Under the pieces are notes generated by a model. The model was given only the letters and a program-made list of their open reading frames with translations, was not told the origin of the DNA and ran no database searches. A stretch of DNA of 56,772 nucleotides, counting the filler, from Porpidia crustulata (taxonomy: Eukaryota): NCBI GenBank assembly GCA_964255105.1. It is 5 parts of 5 records of this genome, joined end to end, with 100 filler letters (N's around TTAATTAATTAA, not from the genome) between each part and the next. Parts side by side here need not be neighbours in the genome. Positions count along the whole stretch, not along the records: positions 45,510 to 56,772 come from CAXUWE010000679.1; 4 more parts are not named here. One strand, written 5' to 3'. The translations under genes and the position numbers were made by a program. Positions 49,612-56,772 of the stretch are shown one piece after another. The stretch's first letter is position 1; the number at the start of each line of letters is the position of its first letter.

Positions 49612-52575
49612 TTAAGGGTCCCGAATCTTCGCCTGCCTCCTTGCTGTCCCGATATGGGTGTTGTGTACCTGCAGTGCCAATGTTAGCCATTCACTCTTAT
49701 CGAGGAAATTGAGTCCAGGTATATCTTACTTTCGTCGCAAATTTCAGGCTTGTCAGCGTCTCGTTCAGATGTGCTTGTAATGGACTGATCATGACAAACA
49801 TGAGGGTTTTCGAGTTGCCGCCGAGTGAAAATTGCAAAAGGTAAGTTAACTGCAACAATCATTAACCGATGATCTCGAAGACTGCGTGGAGCGCGCTAGC
49901 CCGAATTACTTGCCTTGCTATTCCGATACGGCACATGTCCTCCCTCCTTGCCCTGCCCCAATGCCCCAATTACATCACCTAAGCAGCTCAGACTCTTGTT
50001 GATATTTTGTGTCTCCTTTAATCGCTCGCCGGTGGCCTTACTGTGGCTCAGCCGCTCGCTACCCGCCAGGTCAACCAGGTTTAGCGTTCCCTCGCTCTTT
50101 TCGCCCGTGACGCTGTTCTGTCCCCTGAGCTTCAAGATGAAAACGGAGTGACTACGTGAGGACCTTTCGTTAGCGCCTGTGGCAGCGACGGATCGATTGG
50201 CCGATGCGCGGCGGAGGATGGACTCCACTTTACTAGGGGTATCCAAATCGACGGCCGTGATATCTGTGATGGTGGTCTTGCATTTTTGCATGTCGTGCCG
50301 GATTTCGTGCTTCTTCTTATCGAACTCGTCCGCCTTTCCGAGAAGGTCATTCAAATTCTCATTATACACTTCAACGAAAGATCCTTCCATGGAGTATTTC
50401 CATCCCTTTTCCTCCAGAGATTTCGCTGTATCGTAGATCTGGTGCACCGCCAAAGGAATCATCCCATCTTCCGAAGACATGGTGTAAGTCTTACCCGAGC
50501 CTGTCTGTCCATAGCAGAAAATACACACATTGTAGCCATCCAGTGCACTCTGGACGAGCTGGCTGATTTCTTCGAAGACATCGGCATTGCGTGAGCTAGG
50601 AGAGAAAACACGATCGAAAGCAAACGGGTGTGTCTTAGTTGTAATATTCCCAAGACTGCTCTTCTCTTCTAGGCCGAGAACCTCGACTTCTTTCGATTCT
50701 TTCTCCCCATCGGGGTACGAGATTTGAGCAGTGCCATCCAGGGGATCCGACTCGACTGATGGCCGAACGCGACAGAATACCCTTATGTTACCCTTCAGCT
50801 CTTGGACCTGGTTATGCAACTTTCTCCGTATGGTCTCTTCAATCCTCAGCTTGTCCCTCGCCTCTTCGGCAGCTCTCAAAGCGTTCTGAAGCCGCATTTC
50901 GAGGTCTACAAAGGCATGAGACTGGCTCTTGTTATCGGACTCCAAGAAATCAATATGGGCTCGCAGGCTTCGCAGCGACGACTCAAGGCTGACTGCATCA
51001 CTCGCTGCCAAAGAAAGTTTCGATCGAAGGTCACTGGTCAGACCTCGTTCGTACTCTAGGCTTGCTTTGGAATCTCTCAGATCTTCCTGGATAGCTTGCA
51101 TTGCCTTTGCTTGCTGTTCAAGCTCCACCTCTGCCTTCTGCCGAGAAAGCGCGCCTTCGCTCGCAAGTCTTTGGACTTCATTCTGGTTCCGAAGCCTTTC
51201 GTTTTCTAAGGCGTCTTCAAGACGCCTTTGTAGATCTCTTACTTCCTCGCGATGTTTTAGATCTTGGTGACAGATCTCTTTTTCCGAGTCGTGTTGTGCG
51301 CTGGTAAGTTCACGGCGGTGTTGCCGCTGCATGTCATCAATCTGGATTCCATGATGTCTGTTCAAATCTTCTAGAGCTATTGATGCAATCCTCAGCTGGC
51401 CCTTTGCGGCTTCTAGGTCTGCCTTTGAATTAGTATTGCTCGATACTAATTCTTTGTTCATTGCATCCAGTTCAGCATCTACGTATGCGACTTCATTAGC
51501 GTTGTGCATTGACCATGGTCTATTTCCAACATACTTCTCGACTTGTAGACTGCCGCTGTGTCTTCTAAGGCCTTTCTCGCTACTGTCTCACCGGCCAGTT
51601 TGTTCGATACATCCGACATAATTTGTTCCATGTTTTGGACGCGACCTTCCATGTCCCAAGCTATTGGAATGTTAGAAAAACGATTCAAGAATTGCGGCAA
51701 AGGCTTTGGGGGTTTCTGGGGAGATTTGCTTGGGCTCGGGGCCTCTGAAATGACTATAGCGCCGGGGATACGCTTGGGGATGTGGGAAGGCGTAAATGTC
51801 GCATCCACAACTACTTTGGGAGTAGCTTGTGGCGCTGATTCAATAGCAAGGCCATTGAAAGCAGTGCTGATGGAGATGTCGCGGAGAGATTTCCCCGGTG
51901 GACACCCGCTCACCCGTGTTGAGTTTTCACGCAACAGGGTATCATAGCTGCCTCTTATCCTTGGGGGGATCACATTTTTCGCAGAATATTTGAGACTCGA
52001 AGAAATTTGGGTCCTACCCTTCATGTTCCCATCCAGTCCTGTGCCTGGGTGCACATCCAACGAGGTAGAAGGCCTACTGGGAGTTGGCGTACGCTGCTGT
52101 ATCCTCGACCTTGCCATGACTGATTGGGGTCGATGGTATTGCGACGAAACGGGACGGCTGCCGGTACTGACGCTACTCGAGAAGGAGCTATTGGACGCAC
52201 TTCTATTGGATGAACCAGAAACTTGACGTGAGGAGACTGAGGAGGAGTGAGACGGCTCTCGGCGTGCGTTAGCTATCGAGGTTACTCTGAAGCCTGGGCC
52301 GATGGCTCTTGAACTTGAAGGGGGCTGGGCAGGTCTGGAAAAATCTCCTGCTTGTTCTGCAAGAGTTTTCCGCTTCAATGGTATCACTGAAGCACCCGGT
52401 GGTGGCATATTCGATTTGAACCGTGCATTCTGATCTGAAGCCGATATTTCACTTAGTCCGCCTGGAGAAGTGATCTTGCTTGGTTGCCGAAGTTGAGACA
52501 TGTACTAATTGATCTAAGTGTTGCGTCACTGTAGGAAGCGTTCCAACTTACCGCATTCTCATTGTTGTCTTCCAT
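49612..52575 (-). CDS. KAR3: Kinesin-14 minus-end motor (Kar3/KlpA); introns 52505-52551, 51479-51534, 49850-49913 (GC-AG), 49669-49729, plus candidate 51661-52017
   Basis: Coiled coil followed by [78 protein letters not shown] and [15 protein letters not shown]. Confidence 0.95.
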
Positions 52576-52674
52576 TGTATTGCTGATCCGTAGGCTACAG
52601 CTCAAGAGCAAAAAGGAACGAGCGTCGTCGGCGAATTAAAGCGTAACATTAAGTCTAGGTAGATAACTTGTCCG

Positions 52675-52698
52675 ATGTAAACACTGATCATGTAAACA
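52675..52698 (+). promoter_or_regulatory. Tandem forkhead-type motifs (ATGTAAACA x2) ~100 bp upstream of the kinesin-14 ATG
   Basis: Direct repeats at 52675-52683 and 52690-52698 match the GTAAACA forkhead consensus. Confidence 0.4.
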
Positions 52699-52938
52699 TA
52701 CACTAGCGCCAAAACGTACTAGGGAGTTTCTTCAATCACGTGCTCAGCTGAGACTTTTGCTATCACATGCGAATCGAGGCTGCCCTTTAATGTGAACATA
52801 CTGGCATCGATGGCTCTTAGTCGAGTGTGAAAAACCGGATATTTGTGATCATTTGCTTGCAAATGAACTCTCCTGTGTTTTCTCTTTGTCAATTTGTCTG
52901 TACCTTGAGATTGCGCGAAAGCATTTCTTACAAGTGAG

Positions 52939-54056
52939 ATGGAGAAGTTTTCTCAATATAGAGATAGAGGTATCTATAGCACACCTGGGACAGACGAAAA
53001 ATGCTTATGAGAATGATTAGGCTCTGGGATAGCCCCATTCTTCCCCATTCCGACGCAGGCCTCGGGAATATACCTGCCTTTCCATATAGCTCTTTTTCTC
53101 ATTCGTCTACCAATACTAATAACTGTCGCACTCAGCTACTTCATCATACTGCAGTGGTTACCTATTGGTTCTTTGGGCAAGAAGGCAATTTTGTGGCTCA
53201 TCCTCGGTGTGCCAGGAGTATGGTGGATTGATCTTCAAATTGACGGCGTTAGAAGGGGGTACGCATGACCGCAGCGCAATGCGATGCCAATAGCTGAACA
53301 CAGATCTCTAGTTCTTTGGCGAAACACAATCAAGCAAGGATACCACAACCTTCTTCAATCATCGCGTCGTCTCTCACGTCGCCTATTGATGCTTTATACC
53401 TCGCCGCAATATTCGATCCGGTCTTTACAGCCTCTTATCCATCAACCCACCAAGTCCACCAGGTATCCCTTTTTCAAGCCATCTTCCGAGCATTCCAGCG
53501 TCCGCGGTTTAATCCACCGACGAACGTGAAACTCACCGACCTGCAATTGCTCGTAAAACAGTTTCCAAACCGGGTTGTGGTCGTTTTTCCCGAATCCACG
53601 ACAACGAATGGCAGGGGAATACTTGCTTTTAGTCCATCGCTTTTAGGGACGCCTCCAAAGACAAAGATTTTCCCCATCAGTCTTCGGTATACCCCAGGAG
53701 ACATTACAACGCCCGTCCCAGAAGCGTACCTCAGCTTTGTCTGGAACCTGGTTAGCAAGCCTACACATTGTATTCGCGTAAGGATTGCTGAAACTGTTTA
53801 CAATACGTCTCAATCGTCAGGACAAAAAGTTACGGCTTCAAGAAGACTCATAGACTCATCGCAAGATGACACTAGCAGTAGCACTGACACCTTATTGGGC
53901 TCCGAAGAAGGCGAAGGCCTGAGTCTAGACGAGAAGAAGGTACTGGATCAAGTTGCTGAAGCTTTAGCAAGGCTAGGGAGAGTCAAAAGGGTGGGTCTTG
54001 GTGTACGAGATAAGGAAGGTTTTCTCAAAGCATGGGCAAGGCAAAAACGAAGATGA
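52939..54056 (+). CDS. LOA1: Lysophosphatidic acid acyltransferase (Loa1/Vps66); introns 52970-53020 and 53259-53311
   Basis: MEKFSQYRDR/GSGIAPFFP, GVWWIDLQIDGVRRG, SSLTSPIDALYLAAIFDPVF, VFPESTTTNGRGIL and ALARLGRVKRVGLG. Confidence 0.88.
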
Positions 54057-54875
54057 GACAGCCTGAAGTCTACACACGACGCTCGTGTGAGACCTTTGTT
54101 GCTCTTACCTGACTCGACCTGGCTCTGGAAAGCAGTGTGGTCATTGTTAGAAGAAACAATTTCAGGTGCAGGTCACTTGCAGAAACCTTACAGGGAGGGT
54201 GAGAAGCTACTCCTCAGCTGTTTTCCAAGGTACATATATCAATATGTAAACGAAACCGACAACAGGAAAAGAACACGACGACTCGCTTTATGCCAATTCC
54301 ATGGCAGCGCCCCTTGGATGGCCAGCAGCGCCAAGTTCCAATCCCATCATGTGTAGAAGTTACTTTATTACCGCACTTCAATGGGGCATTTGTCTAAATA
54401 CGTGGCCTGGAGAGCAACGCGGTCAAGTTCAGATGGAAGATCGTCAAAATGTGAAGACGTGGATCGGGGTTCAAGGGGGATAGAACGAGTGCTGTTGGAT
54501 AAAAACATCCTGGATCAATGATGTTTGTGATATGTAGCAGTCTGATACCAGCATGAAGATCTAAAGCTAGATAGATCCAGTAAAGTCGGCCCCAATACGT
54601 TGCTTCATACATATGATCCTTAAGAGGTTGATATGAGGCAGATATCTACCAAGTTAGGCTGAAATTATCAATGCGTTATATCGCTTTATATTCAACAATG
54701 GCATGAAAGCATGAATCCTTAGCGCGGTGATCAGAGATTCGGAATTCGACCGCACAGTTTGCGCCGCAGCCGTATCTAATACTTAGACATCTGCAGCGGT
54801 AACTTTAATTGATGGCAAGCTAAGACTCTCGCACTGGTCTCTGGAAGCGCAGAATTCAGATTTGCATGAGACCCA

Positions 54876-56772
54876 ATGTCAGGCCGTTTTGTGCGATCGT
54901 CGAAATATCGTAGGTAGACCTACAAGCTCAGTCAAAACCCATCTAAACCGAATATTCTAGGGCACGTCTTCGGACGGTCGACTCGGAAAGTAAGGCTTGT
55001 TCGGATTTGGCTGTGAGGTGCATTGAAGAGAAGATCTGACCACTTTGCTAGGAATCATGCTACGACAATCTGCGGATCTCGAAGAATGCGTGGGATACCA
55101 ACCTAGTCAAGGTAGCGTCAGTTCGACTCCTCGATGATTATGGCGATTGACAGAGGCTAGGCAAACCCACATTACATATCGGTCAATTGGGAAGCCAGTG
55201 GAGGAGGCGCATTTGCTGTGATACCAATCAATGAGAGGGGACGTCTACCGGAGCAACTACCTCTGTTCAGAGGCCACACGGCTGTTGTCTTGGATACGGA
55301 CTGGTAGATGAGGATTTGTGAACGAGTCTCACAGCCGCTGATGAATTCTATAGGTCACCTTTCAATGACTCCCTCATAGCCTCAGGTTCGGACGATGCTA
55401 AGGTGAGAGCAAGATCCCCACCGACCGAAGGACGCTGTACTAAGCAATTAGGTATTCATATGGAAAGTCCCCAACAACTTCACGCTGCACACAGAAGAAG
55501 GCGAAGATCCACGGGACATTGCGCCTGTAGCAAAGCTGACGGGACACTCAAGGTACTGCTTACCCGCGATATGGGCGTCATTCAAGCTTACCTAGCAGCA
55601 TAGAAAGATAGGTCATGTCCTATTCAATCCCTCGGCTGAGAGTATCTTGGCATCTTCATCTGGCGATTACAATGTAAAGATATGGGATGTGGAGGCTGGA
55701 TCTCCTCGACTTACCCTCAAGCACAAAGATGTAATACAGTCATTGTCATGGAGCGCCAACGGCTCCTTATTAGTCACCACTTCTCGAGACAAGAAGTTGC
55801 GAATATGGGACGTTCGACAGGAGAAGCCCGCTATCGAAGTTACTGGTCATCCAGGTGCCAAAAACAGCCGTGTCACATGGATGGGGGAGCATGATAAAAT
55901 TGCGACAACCGGCTTCTCGAGAATGAGTGATCGTCAACTGGGGCTCTGGGATCTGAAGAACCCACAAGAGCCGGTGGACGGATTCAACAGCCTTGATTCG
56001 TCGTCAGGTGTTTGTATGCCTTTCTGGGATGATAGCACGCAGTGTCTGTATTTGGCTGGCAAAGGGTTTGCCGCCTAATCTCTATCGATATGCATTGACT
56101 GATGGTTTCCAGTGATGGCAATATCCGCTATTTCGAGTTTTTACAGAACCGATTCGAGCTGCTCTCAGAATATAAGTCTGGCGATCCGCAACGAGGGATA
56201 GCTTTCATACCCAAACGCGGTGTCAATACTCACGAGAACGAAGTCATGCGAGCTTTTAAGACCGTCAATGATTCTTATATAGAACCGATATCTTTCATAG
56301 TTCCACGGCGAGCTGAAGTTTTCCAAGATGACATATGTAAGATCTGAATCTGGCTGTGCTGAGAATGCCTCTATTAATCAGGAATACAGTCCCCCCTACG
56401 TCTGGTCTCAAGCCCGCCATGTCTGCCGCTGAATGGTTCGATGGCTCGGAAGGTCTCCCTCCCAAGATCGACCTCGCCAGCCTTTATGCCGGCGAAGAAC
56501 CCACTGAGATACCTGCCGACTTCAAGCCCGCCACCAAAGCTCCCGCGGCAAACCATCCTGCGCCCACGAAGAAAACTCCCGAACCGGAACAAATCCTGGA
56601 TGAATCTACTGCAGCTCGCTGTGGTCCACCTCCAACCATGAAAGAGCAATCCAGCTCCATTGCCAATCTTGCCAACAAATTTGCGGACAAGGACGACGCT
56701 GAAACGGCGGATGACGATGACACCTCCAGCTTCGAAGAAGTCTCGAAGCCCGTGGACCGCTCGGAAAAATTC
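54876..56772 (+). CDS. CRN1: Coronin (actin-binding WD40 protein); 8 introns visible; 3'-truncated
   Basis: MSGRFVRSSKYRHVFG, NAWDTNL, WEASGGGAFAV, GHTAVVLDTDW, TTGFSRMSDRQ, GKGDGNIRYFE and EPISFIVPRRAEVFQDDIFPP. Confidence 0.95.

Noticed and set aside
55121..55130. tRNA T-loop/B-box-like GTTCGACTCC
   Set aside because: Lies in a ~49-nt coronin intron with no cloverleaf or A-box.

Overview
Eukaryotic DNA from a filamentous ascomycete (Pezizomycotina): short GT-AG introns with CTRAY branch points and fungal housekeeping genes. The window is not one locus. Five segments of 11286, 11284, 11271, 11268 and 11263 bp are joined by identical 100-bp N44-TTAATTAATTAA-N44 spacers, so they are almost certainly separate contigs sorted by length, and adjacency across spacers has no meaning. 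Contig 1: 3' end of an unknown Pro-rich gene, a patatin-like protein, a Pth11-like membrane protein and a NIPA Mg2+ transporter. Contig 2: a four-finger C2H2 transcription factor with ~7.9 kb of apparently gene-free upstream DNA, then NCS6. Contig 3: 3' end of ETF-beta, a CCCH zinc-finger protein, an NAD-dependent epimerase and THO2. Contig 4: a 110-bp pogo/Fot1-like MITE, TAN1 (THUMP), an APH-like protein and BCK1. Contig 5: a U3 snoRNA-associated protein, a Sel1-repeat protein, kinesin-14 (KAR3/KlpA), LOA1/VPS66 and coronin. I found no CRISPR array, rRNA, tRNA or biosynthetic cluster, and cannot demonstrate a new multi-gene system. Best leads: a 357-nt in-frame candidate exitron carrying SxIP motifs in the kinesin-14 tail, the MITE upstream of TAN1, two apparent pseudoenzymes, the regulatory and splicing architecture of the C2H2 gene, and recurring C-rich to G-rich strand-skew flips at gene 3' ends. 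Family assignments come from motif recognition, not database searches.
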